64,000 bases of DNA from NCBI GenBank assembly GCA_030704615.1, contig CM060731.1:56606001-56670000 (forward strand), in the 5' to 3' direction. Positions 47,165 to 59,394 of this stretch are shown here, piece by piece (the stretch's first letter is position 1; the number at the start of each line of letters is the position of its first letter). The translations under genes and the position numbers were made by a program. Below the pieces are notes generated by a model. It did not search any database. It saw only the letters and a list, made by a program, of their open reading frames with translations, and was not told the DNA's origin. The DNA comes from Takakia lepidozioides (lineage: Eukaryota; Plantae; Bryophyta).

Positions 47165-48565
47165 TAAATGACCGCTAATACTACGGTCGCTATTTTTATT
47201 TTTTATGAAAAACAAACGACCGCCACTACTGCGATCGCTTTTATTTCCTTTCATTTTGTGCAATATTGCGGTCACTTCTATTTTGTATATTTTTAAATTT
47301 AAGCGACCGCCCGTATGGCGGTCGCTATTGTTTTTTATTTCAAAAATATAATGCCGGTATGGCGGTCGCTTCATTTGTTAATATATTTAAAATAAAGCGA
47401 CCGCCAATATGGTGGTCGCTTTTATTTTTAATATTTAAAAAAAAAACGCGACCGCCAGTAAGGCGGTCGCTTTTAATCTTTATATTTTCAAGTTTAAGCG
47501 ACCTCCAGGGTGGCGGTCGCTTAAACTTAATATATATTTTAAAATTGACGCGACCGCCGGTTTGGTGGTCGTAAATATTGTATTGTTTTAAAACAAGCGA
47601 CCACCGGTGTGGCGGTCGCTTTTATTTTCATATGTCGCTTGTTTTGTTTTTATATAATTTGAAATTTACCGACCGCCATATGGCGGTCATTTGTTTTTCT
47701 ATATATTTTTTAAATTAAGCCACCACCCAATGGCGGTCGCTGTTTTATTTTATTTTATTTTTTTGAAATTATATCCGACCGCCATATGGCGGTCGCTTGT
47801 TCTATACATATTTACAAAATTGTGCGACCGCCAATACAGCAATTGCTTGTTTTAAAAAAAAAATTAGGCGACCGCCAAGATAACGGTTGCTATTTCTTTT
47901 TTTAATTCGAAAAATAAGGCGACTGCCAATCTTGCTTTTTTTTCAAGAGAATTTGATGCGACCGCCAATATGGCGGTCGCTATTTCTTTTTCTATTTCAA
48001 AAAATAAAACGACCGCCAGTGCGACCGCCAATCTTGCTTTAAAAAACAAAAATTGAAACGACCGCCAATACGGCGGTCGCTATTTCTTTTTTTTAATTTC
48101 GAAAAACAAAGCGACCGGCATAATTGGCGGTCGCGTTCATTTTGTTAATTTTCAAAAATTTATTTGCCACCGTGCGACCGCCAATACGGCAGTCGCTTGT
48201 TTTTTTTTTAAAATTAGGCGACCGCCAAATTTTTTTTAAAAAAAATTAAATTGAAGCGACCGCCAACATAGCGGTCGCTATTTGTTTTTTTAATTCGAAA
48301 AATAAAGCGACCGCCAGTGCGACCGCCAATCTTGCTTTTAAAAAAAAAACATTTGAAGCGACCGCCAATATGGCGGTTGCTATTTTTTTTTCTATTTCGA
48401 AAAATAAAGCGACCGCCAGTGCGACTGCCAATCTTGGTTAAAAATAAATAAAAGTTGAAGCAACCGCCAATAGGGCGGTCGCTATTTCTTTTTTAATTTC
48501 GAAAAACAAAGCAAATTGACGGTCGTGTTCATTTCGTTAATTTTCAAAATGTATTTGCCACCGCT
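47165..48565. repeat. Second GCGACCGCC-N-GGCGGTCGC palindrome array (upstream of the hAT transposase once gypsy #2 is removed)
   Basis: Same core as 29760-31925. Confidence 0.93.
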
Positions 48566-48639
48566 ACCGTGTCGGCGACATGGCTGCTTAAGTGGCAGTA
48601 TTTTACCTGGTACTATTTTTACCAGAATATTCCCCGAAC

Positions 48640-48712
48640 CTGACGTGACGGAGGTCCCGTCAGCGTCAGGTCTGACGTGACCTGACGCTGACGGACGGAC
48701 GTGACGCTGATA
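48640..48712. repeat. Cluster of TGACG/CGTCA motifs, possible subterminal repeat of a DNA transposon
   Basis: About 8 TGACG or CGTCA motifs in ~70 bp. Confidence 0.4.
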
Positions 48713-49485
48713 ACCGAGACTCTCTTATTTCATTGAAAGACCATTTCTGCTTCTGCTGGTATTGACATTCTTGAAGTGAATTTGTTTTTACTGCAGGATG
48801 CCAAGTACTGCAAGATGGACTTCTACACCCCAGTTCATGGGCAGAAGGAACACGTCTTTTTTTGCCGGGGGGGTTTTTCATGCCGAGTCTAGAAAGGGAC
48901 TACATCCTTCCTACTTATGCTGCCCGGCTTGCTTCGGTGTCCATTAGGAGGTCTTCCGAACCTAGTCGTGTACAGCAGATTTTAGACGAGACAAGTCTCA
49001 AGAAAATAAATATGAGGGAGGAGGCATCAGCTATAAGAGCTGACTTATGAATGAAAAATGGTTGATAATGAGGCTGACTTGTCGTTAATTTTACAATGAC
49101 ATTGTCAGGTCTTTGTCCATGTTCAGGCTCGTAGATTTGTCTTGGATTCTGTAGAGGAAAGTAGGGGAGAAGAGGCAGAAGATTCCTAGGAGGTGAGGTG
49201 GACAGTCCCCCAAGGAGAGGACGGTATTTTTTAGAGGCATAGTGGAACTGATGCATCTCAGAGCTCGGAGGATGGGGGGGATGAGGGGGATGAGGAGGAA
49301 GGTGGGGTAAGTTCCTTGGAGGGTGTAGGAGAGTAGTGCCCATTCCGGCTATGACAATTAGGACACACTTGTATAGATGTGGCTTGCCACAAAATTTGCA
49401 ATAAAATGTTACATTTCATTGCTATGACGAGTCCACTAGTGCCACATTCCAGCTTCGAATGACCTTATTTTTGTGCCTCCTAACC

Positions 49486-52311
49486 CTATTTCCGTGGACA
49501 CACAATTGTCCGCTCATGTTTTTTTTTTTTTTTTTTTTTCCGCTCATGCTCATGCCGCTCATGAAATAGCAGCCCCCCTCCGCACATGCTGTCATGAGCT
49601 GACTCTAAAATCTGGGGAACCTCCTCTAGAGTGACGCATCGCCTCAAGAGTCCATCCAATCCCCTCCTATAAAGTTGTCCTCCCACAAGGGCGAACTTCA
49701 TACTGCGCAATCGAAGTCGTCTTCGTGCATGTTGATCCATTTCTGGTGGAAATTCCAGGATGCTAAGATACTGAGCAATGTGCTCGTACCAAGGAGGAAC
49801 CGTCTCAATCGAGAATAAGAAGGCATCCGGAAAATCATCATCAATAGGCTCGTCCCCTATCTTCTCTGACAATCGCGAGAGATGGTCGGCCTAGGCGTTC
49901 GGCCTTCCCGGTTTGTAGACTACCTTATAGTCAAATTCATGGTTCTTCTTCAACAATCGAGTCAGAGGTAATGCCTCGGCTGCATACCATAAATTTCCTA
50001 TACCACCCTGTGTGGCCAAGGAATCCCTTCACCTTGGACGACGTCTGCGGGAAGTTCGAAGATGGCGCTTACTTTTGTTGGGTCTGTCACCACACCGTCT
50101 CTGGACACTATGTGTCCCAATAGCAGTCCATGTGTGACTGCGAATACGCACTTCATTGGATTGAGAGATATCCCATTTTCTCTGCACCTAATGAAGCATT
50201 CTTGTAGTGCCACAACGTGATCATTTGCATCTCCGTTACTACAAAAGTCATCTAAGAAAATGACTAGATTCTTTCTCACAATGTTCGAGAAAACATACGT
50301 CATGACCCTCTGAAATGTCAGGGGTGCGTTGCACAAGCCAAAGGGCATCCTTGTGTAGGCAAATGTTCCCCAGGGTGAGGTGAATGTGGTCTTCAGCACA
50401 TCTTTTGGGTCGATCAACACTTGATTGTAGCCCGAGAATCCATCCATGAAAGAGTAGAGTTCCTTCCCTGCTACTTCTTCCACTAATGTGTCTATAAACG
50501 GCAAGGGGAAATGATCCTTGCGCGTTACCTTGTTAAGGGGGCGAAAGTCCAGGCATACCCTTAATCCTCCGTTTTTTTTCCGAACGATTACCGTGGGGGA
50601 CACCCAGGTTGATGTCTCCACTGGAAAGATAAACTCAACGGCTAGCAGTTTTTTGATTTCTGCTTTGATGAGAAGAGCCAGATTGGGATTCACCCTCCTT
50701 TCTCGCTGCCGTCGTGGTGTAGCTCCCGGAATCAGGGGAATAGAGTGCATGGCCACATAAGAGGGCACCCCCTTCAACTCGGTGTAGGACCATGCAAAGA
50801 TGTCTCTAAATTCTTTGAACAAGGCCTGGTACGCTACCGCCTGTTCTAGTGTCAAATGGGATCCAACCTTCACCATCTTGGGTGATTCTCCTCCCACTGC
50901 CATATCAACCAATTGCGTTGTTGGCTCGGCTGTGAAGGTTGATCATGGTTCAAACCTTGATCCGTTTGACCCCTGTTGTAAATATGGAATGTAGGGGGCA
51001 CTATGTTTCATAACATCCCTTTCCAGGTCGGCCTCCTCTACAATTCTCATTTCAATGATCTCGCCATTCTCCTCCTGAGGAATCTCCGGTTCGTGCAGAC
51101 CAACCTGTTCAGCAGATATCGAGAAAAGCTCGGTTAGTGATTCGAACTCCGGAAGTGTCTCGGTTGATACCAAGTGTACCATCACCTCTTTGCCTTGGTT
51201 TTCTCCGAACAACCAGGCGATGCAATATGCATCAGACTCGCATTCATATAAACCCGGACCTAGGGACTTGACGGCGTCCTCTAGTCCTACCTTCCTTCGC
51301 TTAACCTCCCTGCGAGACGCGGTGCTTGTTGCTAATACTCGGTGGGCATGTGACGTTGGATGGATCTCTCTATCTGTCCACCAGTCCTCCTAACTCAAGT
51401 CCGCAAATTCCTCTTCAGAACCAATCATACTGAGCTCATCCTCATCTGTTTCGTCGTGAGGTGCTCCCGAAAGAAAAGCGACTGTAGTCGTATAAGGTTT
51501 TATCCCATAAGTGATGGTACCTGCCCCCCAGTCCGTTCGAGCTCGGGACTGGACCAACCATGGCCTCCCTAGTAGGAGTGTGTAGGAATACTCATCAATG
51601 GGGAAATCTATGATTTGGAAATCTACCGCGTACATGTAGCCTCCGGTCTTTTGCCGAACATTCGCTATGTGACCCACTGGTCTGATCTTTCGTTGGTCAG
51701 CCAGTCTGATAGTTAATGGAGACTCCCCTGTCATGTTCAATCCTAACTTTGACAAGGTGGAGAGTGACATGATGTTGACTGAGCTCCCATCATCCACTAA
51801 ACAATGTCGTATAAAGCGGTATGCAATCTCCATTTCTATTTCTACTGGGCCCGGATCGACATGGGCGTTAATGTGGTGGGTCTGAGCAAAAGTACCTACT
51901 CGCTTCCTCACCAATTAAGGATGCCTTTAGAGCATGTCGAACTGTTGGTGCCAGTGCTATGAGTTGGGCAAATGTAAATTTTGCCTGAATGTGATGCAAG
52001 TCTTCCATTAGATTATACGGCTCCAACTCATCGGTGAAGCGCATGGTGGAGTGCATTCTCCTTTTGGGAAGCTTCGCTGGTGCTACTGGTCGATTGGCCA
52101 GACTCTTTGTTCTGGATGTCAAAGATGGCCGGGGAATGGTTGGCCGGACTGCTGGAGATTCGGTCTCTGCAAATGCTACCTCCTTCTCCTTGGGATGGGT
52201 ATCATCTTCCTCCCTGAGTACAGTTTCCGCCACCTTCCGTGCGTCTGACTTCATGACTTTAAAGTTCAGATCTTCCTGTTCCGATGCCGATGTGGCTGAC
52301 TCCGACGCCAC
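49486..52311 (-). mobile_element. Truncated Ty3/gypsy related to element #1 (linker, protease, RT, start of integrase; RNase H largely deleted)
   Basis: FTFAQLIALAP; LVDDGSSVNIM, LLLGRPWL; MDGFSGYNQ, MPFGLCNAP, FLDD; ADHLSR; LYRRGLDGLLRRC..AHDSMCGG then abrupt end. Confidence 0.9.
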
Positions 52312-52510
52312 ATACCCAGGGCCTTTTCCTAACGTATGTCATTGTTGTCGGGTCATTACATTTGACATCCCAATACTCAACCCAAGGCAGAAACGAAAGA
52401 ACACAATGCATTAGATCAAGACTTCAAATTATATGTATAATCTTTCAAGACGAATAACGACGCTAAATTTTAATCTGCGATAACATCAATTCTCTCCATG
52501 TAAAACAAGG

Positions 52511-52570
52511 ATTTGTTTGCTAGACCTGTTTGGAGGCATGAGCACTGGGCTTGCAAGAGTGTTGCAAGCA
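52511..52570 (+). pseudogene. 60-bp fragment of the retrotransposon DNMT motif I
   Basis: Translates ICLLDLFGGMSTGLARVLQA versus ICLLDLFGGISTGLAAVLQA at ~41669. Confidence 0.8.
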
Positions 52571-53608
52571 CTCCAAGAACAAGCGTGATTGAAGAATTTC
52601 AATGAGCACATATAGAGAAATTGTCCTGCTGAGGAACGAATCTGTTGAGTGAGTCATAGTGTTGTTCAGGTAAAAATGTTGCAGCTACTTTGGCTTACCA
52701 ACCTGTCATGCTATCAGTCTCCTCAGGTGACCTCTGTCTAAGCAACGGCCAATTTCTAACCAAATAATACAGAAAGATTGTTTTCGGATCTTAGGATTCA
52801 AATTAACACAAATGTTGAATTTAAGGATTCAAATTTCAAAATTGATGCTCAATGCCAGCAAATAAGGCCACTTTTAACTGTGTTTTAGTACATGGATATC
52901 CTATAGAAGCCACCGAGGTTTACTTAGACTCTAAAGATTGACTACTTCTAGATGGCAAGTTTTGAAGCCTCAGTTCAGCCTCTAGAGAGTCCCCTTAGAT
53001 CCGAGGATACATTGTCAAGAAAGTAGTTGTCTTACAAAAGTTGGATAATTTAATTTAATTGATGAGTGAAAGCAAAAGATCAAGCTTTTCCAGTGTCGTT
53101 TTAGGTGGGCTGATAGACATCGAAGTGACATGAAACTAGTGAGTACATACCAAATAAATACGTAATTACAAGCATGACATTATACATCTTCACCCACCGA
53201 TCCATTAATAAGCATATCTTTACAGAGCTTCAAACTTACAACTTGGGAGAGGATCCAACGTGAGCTTGTTCCATGTTGAAATTCCTGATTGGCATTAATT
53301 TTTTCCTTACAGATTTCTATTTGCCGGCCAACATCTTTCCCAGCTAATTCCTACTGCTTGTCCTGTTCCCTTGTCTTCCCAACTGATTAGAACATTATCC
53401 CCAGAAACCTCTTCGAATTGTAAAGGGTAAACAGTCACTACCAAGAGTACATTTGTGAACTGCGTTCTGGTGACTGCAAACCACCAAGACATGTGGATTG
53501 TAAGAAGATGCTCCTGTGAATATTTGAGAGTTGTTAAATCAGATTCTCTCAGTGAGTAGAACAGTCAAAAGTAAAAGCAGGGCAGAACCCAAGCTCTATA
53601 GAGCAGAC

Positions 53609-53728
53609 CTGACCCAGCTTGATGTAAGTTGCACCAAGCCGCTCAAACGGTCGTCGCAGTTCCATGGGACCAGGAGGATTGAAAGATAATGTAGGCCTTT
53701 CACTTGGCAATGCTTCCACTGATGGGGT
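53609..53728 (-). pseudogene. Isolated exon of an ABC1 atypical kinase (ABC1K) gene
   Basis: AG/GT-bounded 120-bp exon ending LRRPFERLGATYIKLGQ (G.T.IKLGQ is the ABC1K signature). No intact downstream exons recognised. Confidence 0.7.
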
Positions 53729-56469
53729 CTGCACCCCTCACACGTACAACTTCTGACTTGGTAATAGCAAATTAACAAAACCCTGCTGTCACAGCATCTA
53801 TGGGTGTCTGGCACCATATTTTCCAGCAGTCCATGAAGTATGTTCTACAGCAGAGCGTCAGGACATAAAATTGTTCATATTGACTTCTTTTGGATCTAAA
53901 GAGCCCCCCTTAGGACTCTATGTCCCATTTGTTTTTTTTACTAAAACTGTTGTATATGCTTGAAATTTACAAAATGTTATATGCATAAATTGTTGAGTGA
54001 CATCTCCAGAATCCTTGGAAACTCATTAAAATGATTCAAATTTGTAAACAAGCACAAGATGATGACACAAATAAGACTTTGACATGATCCCTCTTGCATC
54101 CAAGATGCTTATTAAATATGATATATTCTAACTAATTCATCCAAAAATTACGATGTACTCAACAAAATAACAAATTTATGTTCATAGAAAGGTAAAGTAA
54201 CAAAGTCATAAAGATATCAAAAAATAGGTCAAATGCAACAAAAAGTGTTGCAAATCACATGGACTCTCGTCTTCTCTTTGATCCATCATATGTGATATCA
54301 TTCTTCCATGTTTCTGAGTGACTAGCCCTCTTAAAAACCGCTTCGCCCGGCTACGCCCCGATTCCTAGATCCATAAAATCAGGTCTGAATCCTACTTTTT
54401 AGACCACTTCGGGCCCATAGGCATTTTTATGTTCAATCCTATCCTAAAAATATTTCGTGATTTTTTTTTTCACATAAATAATCTATAAGGTCCATTCAGG
54501 TCTTCCACAGATTAAGGATCCCCGTTACCTTTTCTATACAACTAAAAAGTATATTCGGATATATATTTTTGTGTTATCTTAACGAGTGCACCAAAACAAA
54601 ACCTTCGGCCTCAACAAGTATAAAAAGTAGGTTGAATCTCTTGATTATCCGTCGGGGTCGAAACTACCTGTGCGGGCCGAACTAATTAACTTTCACCTCG
54701 CTTTCAGTTATTCTATATTATTGTATGGAAGCCCTGTCTTCAATACCAAATACTATTAGCATCTTTTTCCAACAAAGTTCAACTATGGTAATAACATAAT
54801 TTTGAATAACAATGTCGAATGCGCTCATATAACGGTAATTGAAGAATTGGTTTCTACAATGATAGATTCTAGAGAAGATAAATGAAGACAAATATAATGC
54901 TAAATTACATATAAAATTATCATATAAGTGTTATCCATCAATTATGTTTGCGGCAAAGATACGCATTTCTGATTGCATAAATAAAATGATGCCGCGTGTA
55001 GGAAACTGGGTTGAGGCTATTGATCCAAGTCTAACATTGTTGCTTGAATTTTAAGGACAAGACTAGAAGTATTCTGAGGACTGTTGTTGCCTTTGTCTAT
55101 GGTTATGATGTGACCTAGATTTTTTTACAGTTATCATCTTAACATTGAGGACTTTGTTGGGGCTTACTTAAGAGCACTTCTAGTTTTGTTCTCAAATTTC
55201 ATTCAATGCCAATATCTGATAAATTTGTAATTCAAATTTCAAAGAAAATGGCCGTTAGACTCACTTCACTAGGAAACCTCACAAGGGTGCCCTTGTTAAG
55301 GAGGCGGTTGAGGTTTTATTTTCTAATATTTTGATTTTGTTCCCATTTAGGAGAGATATTTGGATGTATATTTGGCGTGGAGAGCGCGGATAAGCGTGCG
55401 GCGATGCCTGCTGTTCATAGGACGGCCACATACACATTTTTTCGGCGATCTACTCTTGCTGAAGAGTTTGCAATTGACTCAACTTTGCAGTTCGACTTAG
55501 AGGTTTAAGTTCTCCTATTGGCAGGGAGCTGTGTCTTTGGCAAAGTGACTATGGATGACCAAAGCTCAGTGAATGGCCTTCAGGTAATCAGGGTAGGAAG
55601 TTGATTAACTGTCACGAATAGCATAGCGCAATCAGCTGGTCTTGTCTGTGTAACTTGAAATTCCACATAAATGTTTTAGTAGTTCCACAACGGAACTTGC
55701 ACAAGACTTTGTGAAACCATCCCAGTAGCTGGCTGTGACGAGCACCAGCTGACATAAAAAAATACATGCCAAGTCGTCCCCTGTAACTAGTAATAGTTTT
55801 GCAAGTAAGGCCTGTATTGGCAAATTAGGGCAAGTAACAAGCACACAGGGTGTGGGTGCAGGTGGCATCTTACTATGGATGGCCCGTGTCAACCACACAT
55901 TGTATTATTGGAGCAATGGTGGGATTTCGCCTTGTATATGGTGGGATTGGGGCAGTTTATTAGAAATCTTTGGCTCGTGTTGTCTCATCCTGGGTAGTAT
56001 CACCCTTAATGGGTGCAATGGTTTCATTCATTGTATACAAATGTATTCGAACTGTAAAGTATATATCTCTTGTCCCCCTCCACAAGTCTTCAGGGCATTA
56101 TGCTTGTGATGGCATATTTCAAACCTAATATCAGCAGCAGTCGACTCTCTAAAATATTTTGATAATTTTATGTGGCGATTGACTTAAGTCTGGATATTGT
56201 ATTATGGTGTTTGCCTATGAGGCATGCTGTTAGCAAAGTTAAAGGACAACTGATTTGCTTTATGTTGTCCAAAGTGTTTCAAATCCACTTTCATGTTGCT
56301 GAAATTTCCTCCGCTCACCATGCTTTAGAAAATATATAGCTTCCTTCAAGCTCCTAGTGGCGTGCATCCAGAAGACTTCCACACAACTCTTGGCATAAAT
56401 GTTGACAAGGGTGGTTACCTAGAAAGATGCTTGGCTCCATGAGCTCATGAGCTCCACAGAGAGCATCAT

Positions 56470-56600
56470 GTTCAATCCAGCAAGATCACCCTCTCCCCTC
56501 GTTGCACGAACTGACCCATGCATATGTCTCCATGCAAAATACCCCTCTCATGCACTTTGTTGACGACCTCCAAGGCCAAAGTAACATCAGTCGCAGTGGA
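56470..56600 (-). pseudogene. Protein-kinase-like fragment
   Basis: An unlisted frame reads ALEVVNKVHERGILHGDICMGQFVQRGERVILLD*, resembling the catalytic loop and the start of the DFG region. Confidence 0.35.
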
Positions 56601-57354
56601 GGCCACCAATGGGAGACCCCCCATCCTCCATGGCAAGAAACAACATTAAGCCACCAAACAGTTGACCTGCCACCTGAAACAATAATCCAAACACATGATC
56701 CCTCCACCGCAACACCGGATAAGCTCCTGAACTTGCTCCTTCTTGGCGAGCTCAATAATGTTCTTTAGCTTAACCAATCCAATGGCCAGTGCTTTGTTCT
56801 TCTTTCCAACTACCGTGAGAAAGGGGCCCAAAATCTTTCCCGCCTTCCACTTACCATCTCTTTCACATCTCATAGTCTACAACCAATTAACATGTCAAAA
56901 ATAAAAACTTGCAATACTATATAATCATGGATATTTGACATTCAATAAAAACCAAGATGGAAGTAACATGAATAACATGACTTAGGTTCAAAAAACATGA
57001 TACAAAATAATCATAGAAAACTCTGAACCACATCTTTGAATGTAAGCAATGGATGCATGGATGCTATTCCGTAAAAAATAAATAGAATTGTAACAATATT
57101 GAAGGCATTTACTTGAACTATTGCTACACTGAAGTGCAGTTCTGTAGAATGCCCCCATAAGCTGAGTCGGAATATTCTTGTCGACAATGACTTGTGCAGG
57201 CTTTCTCGATGCCGCCATGACAAGATAGTATGTATCATTCTTCGTCAAGGATTTCCAATCCTTCTTCCCAGAGCTGTAGATGAAATCCTGATCAAGACAT
57301 TCCAAAATAAGCTCTACCTGACTAGGGTTCATACATTCCACATCATATTCTCAA

Positions 57355-57816
57355 GCTATGGTTGACTTGTTACTACTTGACCCCGATCCTGCAGGAGATG
57401 GTGGAACCGGACTTGTATCTACAGTGCTGTCCAATATGCCTGGATTTCCTCTCACACTGGCAGCACCACACGAGCATAACAGTTGTACACCATTGTCAAA
57501 ATGGTATGTAAATAGGATTGAATTCGTGTCAAAACAATCAACAAAATAACCTGTCTTCTAAGTGCACCTCTAGCATGCAAGTCTATCCTAGGAAATTGTT
57601 GAAACAAAATAAGAAACTCAAACATGAAGCTAGTATTACTCAGTATAGCATGTAAGGGCCATTGCTATGCCAATCCAACACCACAAAGTGAGCACAAACA
57701 TATTCATACATTGTTCATATTTTTGGTCAGGATAGAAAATTCATACTCTAGTGTCAAGCCTTGTCGTTTTTAAGGATTCGGGGATGCTTCCTGTAAAGTT
57801 ATTGTTTTGAAGATAT
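57355..57816 (-). pseudogene. Two exon relics of an LRR receptor-like kinase/protein
   Basis: AG/GT-bounded exon 57747-57816 YLQNNNFTGSIPESL; next exon from 57456 VRGNPGI..PPSP..SSSNKSTIA, then truncated. Exon phases do not match. Confidence 0.6.
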
Positions 57817-58492
57817 CTGTAGGAAGACACAATCCAAAACAACGTGAGATTCAGTTCTAATATATATTCTTGAACATACATGAAATCTGGGTAGATTTGT
57901 TTTTCGAAGCCAAACCATAGCACTTCATAGGATAATATATAATCTTTGAAAGAAACAAAAAATACCAGAAAAAATCATACTTTAAATAGAAAGAGTGATG
58001 TCAAAGTTCATACAGTTATGTGAGCACTGTTGGAATGAGTCCCAAAGAAGCAGGAATTGAACCACTTAGCTTGTTGTCTTGTAAATGACTGCGGCGAGAA
58101 AACAAAATTTATTGGACATCGGGATAAATGGTACCATTACTCGCTACGCATTTCATTAATGCCAATAGAAATGCCAAGTTCTCATGTGAAATCAACCGAG
58201 AATTTCATTTCAAAAGCAAGGTTGAAATTCTTAGCACATCATGCAATTTAAGGGGGAAATAAACAGACTCTATATAAAGCTTCCACAAAGGATTGACTGA
58301 CACTTTTCTTGAGAGTTTAATAACAATTGTTATCGAGGGCTCTGCACACACCCACGTCCAGTTGTCATCAATATGTAGAGGGAAGGTCGATAATGACTCA
58401 AAATATTTAGGATTACAAAAGCTATCCCACCCGCCTTTCTGACACGCCACGCAAACAATCTACACGAATCTGGCAACCTTGCTACACCAATA

Positions 58493-59394
58493 CCGTCCCT
58501 GGACAACGGATTAGGCGATAATTAATTCAAAATAAAAGTGCCTAACGAATTATGTGATTTTTTCAGATTTAAGCATAATTTCGGGAAATTATGGGACCAA
58601 AGTGCCTAATGCCCAAAAATTCCACCCAATTGTGCACTGAACCAATTGGTGTAGTCATCACGCTGTTTTCGTTGGCGTTTGCAACCTTTATCAGAATGAA
58701 TGTCGCGACTAGGCTCAACTGTAGCTTCAGGTGGAACTTGAGCAAGCACTGAAGGCAAAAAAGGGGCCACATGGTTTTGAGGTTTACGAGGACGTCCTAC
58801 CCTCCTCCGTCGCGATGGACCAGGCAGAACTTCAGCTTTTTGCTCTCTTTGTCTTTTCACAGCCTCAAAATGCTCTTCCTTGCTAATTTTTGTAAATTTT
58901 GACACTAGCATTGATTGCTTCATACTACCGTCCCCCTAGCAGCCTGCACCAATCCCACATATAAAATTATAGTGTGTAAGAGTGTGTAAGTGATGTACCA
59001 GCATGCTTAGCCAATGACCAATGTACCAAAGCCTTGTACCAACGTGCCTACACTAGTGTGGAGTATCAATATTAGAACTCACCTAAAGTGTGAGAGCGAA
59101 GGGAGAGCTTGCCTGTACCAGCTTGAGCCTTGGAGCACCGCATACAACAAAGAGGGGCATTTTTAGGGTTTCAAAGGAAATGAAAGGTAGCTGGAGCTTG
59201 GAAGGGCCCATGGGCATTGGGTGTCTATTTTTGTAATTTTATTCTTAAGAAAATAGATGTTTTCTCTTCTCATGTGCCTAATTCTAAAAAATTGTAGCAT
59301 GCAATGCCTAATTTGAGAACCTGTTTTCCTAATTTTTTGATTGATTGATTTTGGGTTTAGGCGCCAAAATGCCTAATCTGTTGTCAAGGGACGG
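58493..59394. mobile_element. Non-autonomous Tc1/mariner (pogo-like) element
   Basis: TIRs CCGTCCCTGGACAACGGATTAGGC / GCCTAATCTGTTGTCAAGGGACGG (2 mismatches) flanked by TA on both sides. Internal ORF 58606-58923 (-) has an AT-hook-like VGRPRK. Confidence 0.85.
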
